In this document: in pieces, positions 27,898-37,719 of the stretch | How positions within the stretch are numbered: the stretch's first letter is position 1 | Layout of the letters: each line of letters starts with the position of its first letter | Assembly (NCBI GenBank): GCA_041641305.1 | Contig: JBEPYN010000001.1 | Coordinates: forward strand, 32,001 to 96,000 | Length of the DNA stretch: 64,000 bases | DNA from: Nitrososphaerota archaeon | Lineage (GTDB): Archaea; Thermoproteota; Nitrososphaeria_A; Caldarchaeales; Caldarchaeaceae | Direction: 5' to 3' | Program-made: the position numbers and the translations under genes | Notes under the pieces: generated by a model | Databases searched by the model: none | The model's input: the letters and a program-made list of their open reading frames with translations, nothing else | Told to the model about the DNA's origin: nothing

Positions 27898-28191
27898 CTA
27901 CGCGGCTTTCTGGGATTTTTCCACTATTTCTCTCGCTATCTGGTCTCTTGTTTTGCCCTCGGTTGAGATGTTGAGTGCTCTTGCGACCTCGAGAAGCTTA
28001 TCATCTGGAGGTGTGGAGGGAGATGCTGCAGCCTTCGCCATCTCCTCCTCTAACCCCTTCTGAGCTTTCTCGAACTCGCGTTTAGCTTGTCCAATAGACT
28101 TGGCGATTTTTGGCAATTTATCTGGCCCCCATAGGAAGAGGATTAACACTACGGCGGCCACAACAATCCATTCGACTCCCTGAATCGCCAT
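27898..28191 (-). CDS. tatA: Twin-arginine translocase TatA
   Basis: N-terminal TM then WGPDKLPKIAKSIGQAKREF. Confidence 0.93.
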   Translation of the reverse strand: MAIQGVEWIVVAAVVLILFLWGPDKLPKIAKSIGQAKREFEKAQKGLEEEMAKAAASPSTPPDDKLLEVARALNISTEGKTRDQIAREIVEKSQKAA

Positions 28192-28234
28192 TTTTTCTTC
28201 AGCAAAAATCTCCCGTTGCGGCTTTTAAATTTTG

Positions 28235-29008
28235 CTATCTTAAAACCGCTCCTCCATCAACTATGATGGCTTGGCCGTTTATGAAGCTCGCCATGTCTGA
28301 GCAGAGAAAGCCTGCTACCGCGGCGACCTCTTCAGGCTTTCCCATTCTACCCATGGGCGACTCGGTGGCGAGAGCCCTGTACTCTTCCTCCGTAAGATGT
28401 TGGGTGGATGGTGTTGTTTCGATGCTGCCGAGAACAAGGCTGTAGGCCCTGATTCCGTATCGTCCATATTCGTAGGCGATGTGTTTTGTTAGGCCGAGGA
28501 TGGCTGATTTGGCGAGGGTGTATGCAAGCCCTTTATCATAGCCGGTTATGGCGGGGGTTGAGCTAAAGTTGACGTATACTCCTCCCCTCTGCTTAACCAT
28601 CTGCTCAACGGTGTGTTTAACCATGTTGAAAGACCCGAGCAGGTCAACGCTCATCACCTCGATGATTTCCTGCGAAGTTGTTTCGGAGAGGCCCTTGTTC
28701 CAGAGCTTTGGCTCCAGAACATATCCTGCGACGTTGACAACGGCGTCGAAGCGTCTGAACCGTTCCAGCGTCTTCGCTACAAAGCTTTCCACAGACTTTT
28801 CGTCGGTGACGTTGAGGCTGTCCACATGAACCCTCTTTGAGCCAAACCGCGCAACCCAACCCTTTTCCAATTCACGGAGAACATGCAAACGCCTAGCACC
28901 CGCCGAGACAAGCGCTCCCTGCTCCAGAAACCATTCAACAACAGCTCTTCCTATTTCGCCTGATGCACCCGTGACGATGCATACCTTGCCCTCTAAAATG
29001 CCCATCAT
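28235..29008 (-). CDS. Short-chain dehydrogenase/reductase (FabG-like)
   Basis: TGASGEIG, NVAG, YTLAK, GRMGKPEEVA, VDGG. Confidence 0.92.
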   Translation of the reverse strand: MMGILEGKVCIVTGASGEIGRAVVEWFLEQGALVSAGARRLHVLRELEKGWVARFGSKRVHVDSLNVTDEKSVESFVAKTLERFRRFDAVVNVAGYVLEPKLWNKGLSETTSQEIIEVMSVDLLGSFNMVKHTVEQMVKQRGGVYVNFSSTPAITGYDKGLAYTLAKSAILGLTKHIAYEYGRYGIRAYSLVLGSIETTPSTQHLTEEEYRALATESPMGRMGKPEEVAAVAGFLCSDMASFINGQAIIVDGGAVLR

Positions 29009-29060
29009 GCAATCCCCATAGTTGGCATATTTAAATAGACCATGTGGTCATCTACATCGG

Positions 29061-29543
29061 ATGTCGAAAGACCTCCGCCTCATCGTCAGAGTGCTGAACA
29101 CAGACGTCGACGGAACTCTGAGAATTCCGTATGCACTTGCACGCATCAAGGGTATTGGTGTGAACCTTGGATATGCGATTGCAAGGGTGGCGGGTATAGA
29201 CCCTTCCACAAGGCTGGGACAATTAACCGATAAACAGATAGAGAAAATTGAGCAGATAGCGCGAAACCCAACACGCTTCGGCATACCTGCATGGCTTTTA
29301 AACAGACGGTTTGACCCGGTAACAGGAGAAGACCGGCACCTGACAGGAGCCGACCTCGAGCTGGCCATCAAAGAGGATATCCAGACTATGATGAGGACAA
29401 AAAGCTGGAAAGGAATACGTCACTCGCTGGGTCTAAAGGTCAGAGGGCAGAGGACTCGAACAACCGGTAGAAAAGGCTTGACCGTAGGTGTTTCGAGGAA
29501 GGCGATCGCAGCTGCTACCCAGCCGAAAGAGGAGAAGAAATAG
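29061..29543 (+). CDS. rps13: 30S ribosomal protein S13
   Basis: IKGIG, PAWLLNR, GIRHSLGLKVRGQRTRTTGR; ATG at 29061. Confidence 0.97.
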   Translation: MSKDLRLIVRVLNTDVDGTLRIPYALARIKGIGVNLGYAIARVAGIDPSTRLGQLTDKQIEKIEQIARNPTRFGIPAWLLNRRFDPVTGEDRHLTGADLELAIKEDIQTMMRTKSWKGIRHSLGLKVRGQRTRTTGRKGLTVGVSRKAIAAATQPKEEKK

Positions 29544-29545
29544 TT

Positions 29546-30661
29546 TCAGCCTATTTCTTCCCTAGCCATAGCCGCGCCTAGGACAAGGTTGACCTGTTTC
29601 TGGTATGCAACATCCCAGCTGCGTGTGCGTAGGCCGCAGTCGTTACATGCAACAACTTTCTCCGGATCTCCCAGAGCCCTGGCAGCGTAAATGGCTCTGT
29701 CTCGGACAAGCTCAGGGGGCTCGATAAAGTCTGTGTGGACATCGACCAGCCCGGGAGCCAGTTTAAACCCAACATCATATTCCCTGAAGACCTTTAGAAC
29801 CTCGAAACCTGTTCTCGCATCGGGGTCGATGCCAGGTTTTGTGGTGTCTGCGTTGGAGCAGGATATGGAGAGAACGTCTACCTTGAGCTCGAGTAATGCG
29901 GGGAATAGTGCCTTATAATCTGTGTAACAGATGTGGACGGCTTTCTTGGCACCCACACCGCGGAATGTTTCGTTGATGCTTTCAACCACGAGCTCCGATT
30001 CATGAGGTTTGGTTGCGGCGGCGGGCTCATCCAACTGTATGTACTCAACCCCTTCGCTGTCGAGAGCCTTGACAACTGGCCTCAACACCTCACTAACAAG
30101 GTCGAACACAAATTCTCTTCGCGCAGAGCTCGATCTCGCAGCCAAATCTTCACCCTCTGCGTGTTTTACATAGTATTCGTCAAAAGACCAATCCGCCAAA
30201 GTGTAGGCAGCTGTAACCGGGACTTTCAACGGCTTTCTCGCATATCTCTTGTTGAACTGTAGTTCGTCTACGTGGTAGGGCTGCAGAAGCTTAGGCTTCT
30301 TTACTATAGCGGCTTTGCGGTAGAACTCGTTGTCCCAAACCCTGACCACACCACGGTACTCAAACCCATCGATGTATCTGAGCGGGTGCTCATACATCTC
30401 GACCCTTCTCTGCTCACCATCATAAACAACATCCAATCCCGCGGACTCAAAAAACCTCAGCCCATAAATACATGCCCAATCAACCAACAAATCCTCAGAA
30501 CCTTGGTTGTTTCTGAGCAGTTCGACCAGATCTTCATAATTCTCCACGCCTAGCAACTTTCCCCATTTCTCCGCCTGCTCAACAGCTCTGGACACGTCCC
30601 TAACCCGGAACGGGGCCTTGTTGAGGCTTCCAACCTCGATTACTGGAAACAGCTTGTTCAC
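29546..30661 (-). CDS. metE: Cobalamin-independent methionine synthase, catalytic (C-terminal/core) domain
   Basis: DGEQRR, IQLDEPA, HICY, DVH, DCGLRT. Confidence 0.88.
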   Translation of the reverse strand: MNKLFPVIEVGSLNKAPFRVRDVSRAVEQAEKWGKLLGVENYEDLVELLRNNQGSEDLLVDWACIYGLRFFESAGLDVVYDGEQRRVEMYEHPLRYIDGFEYRGVVRVWDNEFYRKAAIVKKPKLLQPYHVDELQFNKRYARKPLKVPVTAAYTLADWSFDEYYVKHAEGEDLAARSSSARREFVFDLVSEVLRPVVKALDSEGVEYIQLDEPAAATKPHESELVVESINETFRGVGAKKAVHICYTDYKALFPALLELKVDVLSISCSNADTTKPGIDPDARTGFEVLKVFREYDVGFKLAPGLVDVHTDFIEPPELVRDRAIYAARALGDPEKVVACNDCGLRTRSWDVAYQKQVNLVLGAAMAREEIG

Positions 30662-31605
30662 ATCGATTCACCAGCCTTTTTCACTATCGCGCCTAAAACA
30701 TTCATCTTCTTCAAGGCATATTCATGGGGCAGATGCTCGAGTTCGCAGTTGGGTCCCAGATGTATCTCCCCACAGTTAGCGATGGAGGCTACTTTCTTAA
30801 GCAGAGTCAGGGATGAGGCGGGGTCTTCGAGTAACGTGTTTCTGCCGTCAACCAATCCGAGGAAAATGCTTTTCTCAGTATCGAGGCCGCGTAGAGATTC
30901 CACCCGAGTCTTAAACATGTCCAAACCGATGACATCGACAGGAAAATCGAGGAAAGCATCTAGGTTTTTCTCAGCCGAGCCAAACTGGAGATGAAGCATA
31001 ACCTCCCCGCCAACCTTTTTCCTCAGTTTCTCGACAGCGGAGCGCGACATCTCCAACTCCTCTGAAGAAACCTCACCCATCACAAGGGAGGGTGCCGTCA
31101 GCTGAATCTGAGCAAATTCCCCCAATTTTTTCAGATATTGTGCCAAAGCATCAGCCACGTCGTGAACCAATTCATCAAATTTTCCGTAAAAATTGTTTAC
31201 CGCGAGTTTAGAGAAGGTGAAAGGCTCGGGCACAACAATCTTCCTTTTCTCAACCTCGATGAGACGATGGAAAAAAAGAGTCCTGTCCACTCTGTTTCGT
31301 AGGTTGATTTTACCTTTGATTACTGGTGCTTTGTAGAAGAAGTTATTGTCAAACCATCGGCTCAATCCGTTGACCTCCACGTTTTCTAGGGATGATGCAA
31401 AGGGTCGGAGGAGGTCGTTCCAGCCGAGCATCCCGTCTATGAGGTAGGTGAAGCCGTTTTGTCGCTGAGCCTCCACAAAGGCTCTGGAGGTAGTCTCCAG
31501 CTCGTTTAAGAGAGCCTTGTCTGATATCTTGTTCTTCGCTCGGTCTCTGTAGGCTTTTATGAGAGCCTCTGTTCTGGGGAGAGGACCGACGAGGTACACC
31601 TTCAT
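30658..31605 (-). CDS. MetE N-terminal-domain-like protein
   Basis: GPLPR, DGMLGWND, RWFDNNFFYK.P, GLVDGRNT, PNC; upstream of the catalytic half. Confidence 0.82.
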   Translation of the reverse strand: MKVYLVGPLPRTEALIKAYRDRAKNKISDKALLNELETTSRAFVEAQRQNGFTYLIDGMLGWNDLLRPFASSLENVEVNGLSRWFDNNFFYKAPVIKGKINLRNRVDRTLFFHRLIEVEKRKIVVPEPFTFSKLAVNNFYGKFDELVHDVADALAQYLKKLGEFAQIQLTAPSLVMGEVSSEELEMSRSAVEKLRKKVGGEVMLHLQFGSAEKNLDAFLDFPVDVIGLDMFKTRVESLRGLDTEKSIFLGLVDGRNTLLEDPASSLTLLKKVASIANCGEIHLGPNCELEHLPHEYALKKMNVLGAIVKKAGESM

Positions 31606-31606
31606 T

Positions 31607-32605
31607 CTACATCCTTCTCTCGGAGCTGTGGCCTGGGAAGTAGCCGGCCTTCGGATCGATGTAGTTTTTGGCCACGTTTACCGCTACGGCTGCTTGCGCA
31701 AACCCGATAACGAGGAGCGCTAGCTTCACAGAGTCTGGCTGAACCGCTATGTCTCCAGCGGCGTAGACACCTGGGATGTTAGTCTCACACCTGGCGTTGA
31801 TTTTGATGGCGTTGCCCTCCATTTCTAGCCCCCATTTTTTGAAGAGAGAAACATCAACTATGTGTCCCAGCTGAAGCAGCAGCGCATCACATTCGATTGT
31901 CGTTTCCTCTCCTGTTTTGTTGTTGTAGATCTTTATCTTTTCTAGGTGGTTGTCGCCGTATGCTTCTTTGACCTCGTAGGGTATGAGGACTTTAACTGCC
32001 GAGTGGAACAGCTCTATGACGCTGCCTTCATGTGCTCTGAATTCGCTGCGTCGGTGAACAAGGTAAATCTCAGAAGCTATGTCTTTTAGGTTGAGGGCCC
32101 AGTCAACCGCTGAGTCACCGCCTCCGACTATAACGACACGCTTGTTTCTGAACATCCATTTGTCCTTAACTGTGTAGTATACGCCTTTTCCCTCAAACCG
32201 CTCGACAGAGGGGTTTCCGAGTTTACGGGGTGTAAATGCTCCGTGTCCTGCGGCTATGAGCACGGTTTTAGAGAAGTGAACACCCTTATCAGTGGTTAGC
32301 TCAATAATTCCACCGTCGAGCCGAGTCAAGTTAAGAACTCTTTCCGAGAAATGGAACTTTGGATTGTAGGCGCTCGCCTGCTCGAACAAGTTTTTCGCCA
32401 AGTCTTTAGAAAGTATCTTGGGGAAGCCTGCTACATCGTAGATGAATTTGTCCGGATAAAGGGTTGTCAGCTGGCCGCCGTAAGTGTCCAGAGCCTCAAT
32501 AACCTTGGTCTTCATGCCTCTCATACCGGCGGCGTAAAACGCGGCGAACAGGCCCGTGGGCCCAGCGCCGATTATGGTCATGTCATACACATCGAAAGGC
32601 TCCAT
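31607..32605 (-). CDS. Thioredoxin-reductase-like ferredoxin-NADP+ reductase (YumC type)
   Basis: GAGPTG, GGQL..LYPDK.IYD, GGGDSA.DWA, no CxxC, C-terminal GHSS; start 32605 or 32620. Confidence 0.88.
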   Translation of the reverse strand: MEPFDVYDMTIIGAGPTGLFAAFYAAGMRGMKTKVIEALDTYGGQLTTLYPDKFIYDVAGFPKILSKDLAKNLFEQASAYNPKFHFSERVLNLTRLDGGIIELTTDKGVHFSKTVLIAAGHGAFTPRKLGNPSVERFEGKGVYYTVKDKWMFRNKRVVIVGGGDSAVDWALNLKDIASEIYLVHRRSEFRAHEGSVIELFHSAVKVLIPYEVKEAYGDNHLEKIKIYNNKTGEETTIECDALLLQLGHIVDVSLFKKWGLEMEGNAIKINARCETNIPGVYAAGDIAVQPDSVKLALLVIGFAQAAVAVNVAKNYIDPKAGYFPGHSSERRM

Positions 32606-32634
32606 GGTCAACTCATTCATACATAAATGCGGAT

Positions 32635-33627
32635 TTAAGTTTGCCCCAGCCCAATCGGTTTTATTGGAAGACTTAATTCTGCCACGTCGGCCAGGTCCTC
32701 GCAAACTCTCGCCAGATGGAAATGAAATTTATAGAGGGATGCGGTGTCACTTCGTCCCGGCATTCGTTTCAAAAAATCCTCACTATGTTTCATGAACTCG
32801 CTTCTGAGCCCGGTAACCTTGGTGACAAGTGCAATCTCGTGGCTAAATAATGCGTCAATGGGTTGAAAACCAATTGAGAGCACTATGTTGGCGAGTTTTC
32901 TGAACTCTTGTTTAACCTCTTTGGCTAGGGGTTTCCTGTTTCTCAGCTTTTCCTTAGCCATTTCCGCTGCTTGGTCTCCCGCGTCTTCTATGAATTTGGC
33001 TGCAACCCTTAGGTCAAGGAGGTTAAGTGGCGTGATATTCAGCCTTTTGGCGAGGGCGGGGTCAACCAGAGCTGAGCGTAGAACTCGGACAAGCGTGAAA
33101 TAAAGTCTATCAACCTCTTCGTCTCTTGTAACCGCCATCCTGCCGAGCGACAAATCATCCGTCACAACAGAGTTTACGGCATACTCAACCATACCGATAA
33201 CGAGGTTGTACTGTCTTCTTAGAAGCCTCTCAGGGGCCACAGTTTCCTCGTTAAGAACAATCTGCACCTCCACGCTTTTGTCAGCTTCGTCAACTATCTC
33301 AGCACCTGCCAGTCCACGCACGATCCGCCTGACCTCTTCGAGCTGGGTGTCCGTGATAGAAGTTTCAGACACAATTCTTATGGTATCGTATCCGTAGAGG
33401 TAGGCGCCTACGAGCAGCTGGTTAATGTCGTCTGTAAACATAATTTCCACTTTCGAGACACGTCGAGAAACGGGTGTGTCAGGGTAGATATACAGCCCAC
33501 CATCCTCCGATGGCTTAATAATAACCTGTGAACCCTTGGACAGCCCCATCCTTTCTACCCACTCCTTTGGAAGAGTAACCGTGAACGAGCTGCCACCGGT
33601 AAGCTGAACCGCTCTCCTGACCTCCAC
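32635..33627 (-). CDS. AbrB-PhoU family phosphate-uptake regulator
   Basis: RAVQLTGGSSFTVTLPKEW (AbrB), DEEVDRLY, EDAGD; GTG start at 33627. Confidence 0.88.
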   Translation of the reverse strand: MEVRRAVQLTGGSSFTVTLPKEWVERMGLSKGSQVIIKPSEDGGLYIYPDTPVSRRVSKVEIMFTDDINQLLVGAYLYGYDTIRIVSETSITDTQLEEVRRIVRGLAGAEIVDEADKSVEVQIVLNEETVAPERLLRRQYNLVIGMVEYAVNSVVTDDLSLGRMAVTRDEEVDRLYFTLVRVLRSALVDPALAKRLNITPLNLLDLRVAAKFIEDAGDQAAEMAKEKLRNRKPLAKEVKQEFRKLANIVLSIGFQPIDALFSHEIALVTKVTGLRSEFMKHSEDFLKRMPGRSDTASLYKFHFHLARVCEDLADVAELSLPIKPIGLGQT

Positions 33628-33672
33628 AATAGGACATTCAATATGCTTGTTGTTAAGCCTTGCACAAGATAC

Positions 33673-33681
33673 CTTTATAAC
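33673..33681. promoter_or_regulatory. Probable TATA box in the phoU/rpl22 divergent gap
   Basis: CTTTATAA between the divergent starts at 33627 and 33716. Confidence 0.5.
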
Positions 33682-33715
33682 ATGACTTAATGGGTTGGAT
33701 AATTTAGACGCGAAA

Positions 33716-34174
33716 ATGCCGAGCTGGAGATACTCCACGACCGTCGGTGAAAAGGAGGACGAGGTCCGGGCGAGCCTCAGAGAGATAGATGTCTCTCCAA
33801 AATGGGCCCGGGAAGTGTGCAAAGCTCTCAAGGGCTTGACAATCCCAGAGGCCAAGAAATTGCTCGAAGACGTGATAAACAAGAAGAGGATGATACCCTA
33901 TAGGCGATACAAAAAGAAACGGGCGCATCACGCGGAGACAAAGGGGCCCGGAGGCTACCCTGTCAAAGTCTCCAAACATCTTCTCAAGCTCGTTGAAAGT
34001 CTGGAGGCAAACGCAGAGTTTAAAGGCTTAGACCCGGAAAAAACAAAAATTGTCCATGCGGCGTCTCACAAAGGCAGAACTCTTCGGAAAAACATAGAAA
34101 GAGCCTTTGGGCGCTCAAGCCCATATAATCGGACTTATGTTCATATTGAGCTGGCGGCGGTGAGTGGTGGATGA
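33716..34174 (+). CDS. rpl22: 50S ribosomal protein L22
   Basis: VSPK, GGYPVK, ANAEFKGLD, RAFGRS; ATG at 33716. Confidence 0.96.
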   Translation: MPSWRYSTTVGEKEDEVRASLREIDVSPKWAREVCKALKGLTIPEAKKLLEDVINKKRMIPYRRYKKKRAHHAETKGPGGYPVKVSKHLLKLVESLEANAEFKGLDPEKTKIVHAASHKGRTLRKNIERAFGRSSPYNRTYVHIELAAVSGG

Positions 34175-34782
34175 CGCTGGTTAAACAGATTCTCGAGACG
34201 AGGATTAAGAAGGCGGATATTGAGGAGTACCTGCGTGAGAAACTTAAGAACGCTTTCTTCGGCGGAGTCAGCATTAGCTTTACTCCTTTGGGTACGAGGG
34301 TCACAATCTATGCCATGAGGCCGAGTAGGGTCATAGGGCCTAAGGGCAAGGTTATCAAGGAAATCACGGAGACGTTGGAGAAACAGTTCGGGGTTGAGAA
34401 CCCTGTGGTGACCGTGGTTGAGGTGGAGGTCCCCGAGCTCAACCCCTACGTCATGGCTGAGAGAATTGCCCAAGACCTGGCCCGAGGTCTCAGATATAGA
34501 AGAGTTGGGTTCTGGGCCGTGAAAAGGATAATGGAAGCCGGTGCTAAGGGAGTGGAGGTTCACATAAGTGGGAAGCTCACTTCCGCAAGGGCGAGAACCG
34601 AGAAGTTTACAGAAGGTTTTATGCCCAAGTCGGGCGAGCTAGCGATGAACTATGTCCTCGAAGGAAAGTCTTCGGTGCTGTTGAAAACCGGTCTCTTCGG
34701 CGTCAGGGTTCTTATTTACCCGCCTGACGCACCTCTTCCAGAGGAGATAAAGGTGAGGCAGAGTGAAGCTTCAAGAGCTTAG
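34171..34782 (+). CDS. rps3: 30S ribosomal protein S3
   Basis: KH domain VIGPKG, PELN, GAKGVEV.ISGKL. Confidence 0.96.
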   Translation: MTLVKQILETRIKKADIEEYLREKLKNAFFGGVSISFTPLGTRVTIYAMRPSRVIGPKGKVIKEITETLEKQFGVENPVVTVVEVEVPELNPYVMAERIAQDLARGLRYRRVGFWAVKRIMEAGAKGVEVHISGKLTSARARTEKFTEGFMPKSGELAMNYVLEGKSSVLLKTGLFGVRVLIYPPDAPLPEEIKVRQSEASRA

Positions 34783-34963
34783 GGAACTTAACGAGAAAGA
34801 GCTGATTAAGAAGATTGAGGAGCTCAAGGCTGAGCTAAGACAAGTCATTTCGGAGATAGGGAAAGGAGGGATGGTTGAGAACCCGATGAGGAAAAGAGAG
34901 CTACGGAAAGAAATCGCGAGAGCCTACACGGTGTTGACGGAGAAGAGGCGACAGAGAAAATGA
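34763..34963 (+). CDS. rpl29: 50S ribosomal protein L29
   Basis: ELREL, ENP, RKEIAR..TVL. Confidence 0.93.
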   Translation: MKLQELRELNEKELIKKIEELKAELRQVISEIGKGGMVENPMRKRELRKEIARAYTVLTEKRRQRK

Positions 34964-35199
34964 CCAAGCCACTTAACATCTACATCCTTGGGAGAAGGGT
35001 CAAAGTAACCTACAACAATAGAACTTCAGAGGGAGTTGTCGTCTCTGAGACACGTAACATGGTCAAGGTGAAGACTATGAATGGTGAGAAAAGTTTTCCC
35101 AAGATCAATTCAGTTTTATGGATTGACGGCAAAGCAGTCGAAGGCTCTAGGCTGGTTGCCCGGCCTTTCGAAAGACTGTTGAGAGGTGGCGGAAAATGA
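34960..35199 (+). CDS. rnp1: Ribonuclease P subunit Rpp29
   Basis: G.VVSETRN, PK, RP.ERL; canonical position before rps17. Confidence 0.88.
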   Translation: MTKPLNIYILGRRVKVTYNNRTSEGVVVSETRNMVKVKTMNGEKSFPKINSVLWIDGKAVEGSRLVARPFERLLRGGGK

Positions 35200-35525
35200 G
35201 CGAGGCCCGGAACATCGGCATCCCCGTTAAGCCTCCGAAGACAACCTGCAGCGACCGAGACTGCCCCTTCCACGGAAACTTGCCGGTGAGAGGCATTCTA
35301 CTCAGCGGAGTCGTCTACAAAAAAAAGATGAACAAGACCGTGGTTGTGGAGAACGAGCACACGGTTTACGTCAAAAAATACAAGAGGTATATGCGGAGAA
35401 GGTCGCGGATTTCTGCGCATCTTCCGCCGTGCGTAGATGCTGAGGTGGGTGACCGAGTGAGGCTGGGTGAGTGCAGGCCACTGAGCAAGACCGTTAGCTT
35501 CGTGGTTCTGGAGAAGATGGGGTGA
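35196..35525 (+). CDS. rps17: 30S ribosomal protein S17
   Basis: CPFHG.L.VRG, ECRPLSKT. Confidence 0.97.
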   Translation: MSEARNIGIPVKPPKTTCSDRDCPFHGNLPVRGILLSGVVYKKKMNKTVVVENEHTVYVKKYKRYMRRRSRISAHLPPCVDAEVGDRVRLGECRPLSKTVSFVVLEKMG

Positions 35526-35529
35526 GAAA

Positions 35530-35964
35530 ATGGCGAAGCGAACACGTGCAGTTGCAGCGGTAGGCGTTCTCGAGAGAAGACCCAACATACCACGCACCAT
35601 AGTGCCAGGCTCCTTGATCACCTGCGCCGACAACTCCGGTGCGCAGATACTCAAGATAATACAGGTTCATGGAGTGTCTACACGGCTTCGCCGGGTGCCT
35701 GCTGCAGCGGTGGGGGATAAGGTGAGCGTGACAGTCAAAAAAGGTTCAGCTGACTTGAGGAAGAAGCCGATGCACGCCATAGTTATCCGCCAGCGGAAAC
35801 CATATAGGAGAAGCGACGGAACATGGATATCTTTCGAGGAAACAGCTGCGGTGCTTGTCACACCTGAGGGAGACTTGAAGGGAACCGAGATAAAAGGCCC
35901 TGTAGCCAAGGAGGCTGCCGAACGTTGGCCAAGGGTTGCCAACGCGGCCAGCATGATAGTATGA
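35530..35964 (+). CDS. rpl14: 50S ribosomal protein L14
   Basis: CADNSGA, KGTEIKGPVAKEAAERWP. Confidence 0.97.
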   Translation: MAKRTRAVAAVGVLERRPNIPRTIVPGSLITCADNSGAQILKIIQVHGVSTRLRRVPAAAVGDKVSVTVKKGSADLRKKPMHAIVIRQRKPYRRSDGTWISFEETAAVLVTPEGDLKGTEIKGPVAKEAAERWPRVANAASMIV

Positions 35965-35965
35965 G

Positions 35966-36334
35966 GTGAGAAGAGTGTCGTCAGCGTCTCCGAGGAAACA
36001 GCGTCTCCGCCGCTACAACGCGCCGAAACACATAGTGGCAAAGTTTTTGTCTGCTCATCTTTCCCCGGAGCTGAGGAATAAATACCGCAGACGGAGCGTC
36101 AGGCTTAGGCAAGGTGACACGGTGAAGGTGATTAAAGGCACGTTCAAGAACATAGAGGGCAAGGTGAAGAAAGTGGATGTCAAAAGGCAGATGGCCTACA
36201 TCGAGAACGTTTCCATCAAGAAGGCAGACGGGTCGACGGTCGATGTCCCAATAAGGATACCAAACCTTATGATAACGCAGCTTAACCTCGACGACAAATA
36301 CCGTAAAGAGAAGCTGGAGGCGAAGACGGCATGA
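35966..36334 (+). CDS. rpl24: 50S ribosomal protein L24
   Basis: PRKQR, LSPELR, GDTVKV KOW motif. Confidence 0.96.
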   Translation: MRRVSSASPRKQRLRRYNAPKHIVAKFLSAHLSPELRNKYRRRSVRLRQGDTVKVIKGTFKNIEGKVKKVDVKRQMAYIENVSIKKADGSTVDVPIRIPNLMITQLNLDDKYRKEKLEAKTA

Positions 36335-37044
36335 CTCATCTAAAATCTCTCGCAGCCCCCCGCCACTATCCAAAAAAGGCCACCGTTTTCACGGTCAACC
36401 CAAGTCCAGGACCACATCCCAAGAAAAAATCAATCCCACTTCTAATAGCGGTAAGAGACCTGCTAAAACTTGCAGATAACGCTCACACAGCGCGGAGAAT
36501 AATCAAGCAGGGGAAGTTCCTTGTGGATGGACGGGTGATAAGGGATCCCAAGTTTCCGCTGGGGTTGATGGATGTTTTATCAATTCCAGAATTGGGCGAG
36601 AGCTACCGTGTGTTGATTAAGTTGGGTAAAGGCCTCTCACTTGTGAAGACATCCAGCGAAGAAGCCGGGTTCAAAGTCTGTCAAATAGTGAGAAAAAACC
36701 ATGTCCGCGGCGGCGGCTTGATGATAGGGCTTCACGACGGCAGAACAATCCTATTCAGGGGAGAGTCCCTTGAAAGAGGGAAGAGTCTTAAAACCTTGGA
36801 CTCTGTCAAAATCGCGCTCCCCAGTCAGGAAATTATTGAAACCATTTCTCTCGACAACGGAGTATACGGCTATATTCACAGCGGCGCCCGCGCCGGGCTT
36901 CATGGGAAAATCCTAAAGATAAGGAGAGATGTGGTTTTCCCTGACAAGCCAACAGCCACTATTGAAACGAGTCAGGGAGCTGTCACAACTCTACTCAGCA
37001 GCATAATGCCAATAGGGGGTGAAGCACCATGGATAACACTTTAG
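36331..37044 (+). CDS. rps4e: 30S ribosomal protein S4e
   Basis: HLKSLAAP, PGPH, VDGRV, P.GLMDV, LHDGR. Confidence 0.96.
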   Translation: MTHLKSLAAPRHYPKKATVFTVNPSPGPHPKKKSIPLLIAVRDLLKLADNAHTARRIIKQGKFLVDGRVIRDPKFPLGLMDVLSIPELGESYRVLIKLGKGLSLVKTSSEEAGFKVCQIVRKNHVRGGGLMIGLHDGRTILFRGESLERGKSLKTLDSVKIALPSQEIIETISLDNGVYGYIHSGARAGLHGKILKIRRDVVFPDKPTATIETSQGAVTTLLSSIMPIGGEAPWITL

Positions 37045-37550
37045 AACTGTTTCAGAAGCCGAGAATTGAGAAGGTCGTCGTCAACTGCGCGGTCGGCGAA
37101 GGAGGCGCGAGGCTTGAGAGAGCTCAGAAAATACTCGAATCTCTTGTTAACCAGAAACCAGAGGTTAGAAAGGCGAGGAAAACCATAAGAGGTTTCGGAA
37201 TACACAAGGGAGAACCAATAGCGCTACGAGTAACACTTAGGAAAGCTGCTGCAGAGGAGTTTCTTAAAAAAGCTTTGATGGCGGTCAACAACCGAATAAA
37301 GAAGTCCTCTATCGATAACATGGGCAGCTTCTCATTCGGCATCAAAGAACATCTCGACATCCCTGGCACACGCTATAACCCGGAGCTCGGGATAATTGGC
37401 ATGGATGTCACAGTTCACTTAACTAAGCCTGGGTACAGGGTTTCTAAGAGGGCTTATCGACGGGCGCGAGTTGGGGTCAGGCAGCGTGTCACGGTTGAGG
37501 AGGCGGTCGAGTTTCTCAGGGAGATGGGTGTGGAGGTGGTTGAGGAGTGA
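37029..37550 (+). CDS. rpl5: 50S ribosomal protein L5
   Basis: EKVVVN, FGIHKGEPI, FGIKEH, GIIGMDV. Confidence 0.96.
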   Translation: MDNTLELFQKPRIEKVVVNCAVGEGGARLERAQKILESLVNQKPEVRKARKTIRGFGIHKGEPIALRVTLRKAAAEEFLKKALMAVNNRIKKSSIDNMGSFSFGIKEHLDIPGTRYNPELGIIGMDVTVHLTKPGYRVSKRAYRRARVGVRQRVTVEEAVEFLREMGVEVVEE

Positions 37551-37708
37551 AGCAAAAGCCTCCTAAGCAGAGGAAATTTGGCAAAGGTGTTCACGTGTGC
37601 AGAAGATGCGGCACAAGCGTGGGCGTTATCAGAAAATATGGCCTCTACATTTGTAGAAGATGCATCAACGAAATTGCTCCCAAGCTTGGTTTCAACGTCT
37701 ATGATTAG
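37547..37708 (+). CDS. rps14: 30S ribosomal protein S14 (53 aa, below track cutoff)
   Basis: GTG start; FGKG..CRRCG....IRKYGLYICRRC; lies between rpl5 and rps8. Confidence 0.95.
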   Translation: MKQKPPKQRKFGKGVHVCRRCGTSVGVIRKYGLYICRRCINEIAPKLGFNVYD

Positions 37709-37719
37709 GTGATGATGAT

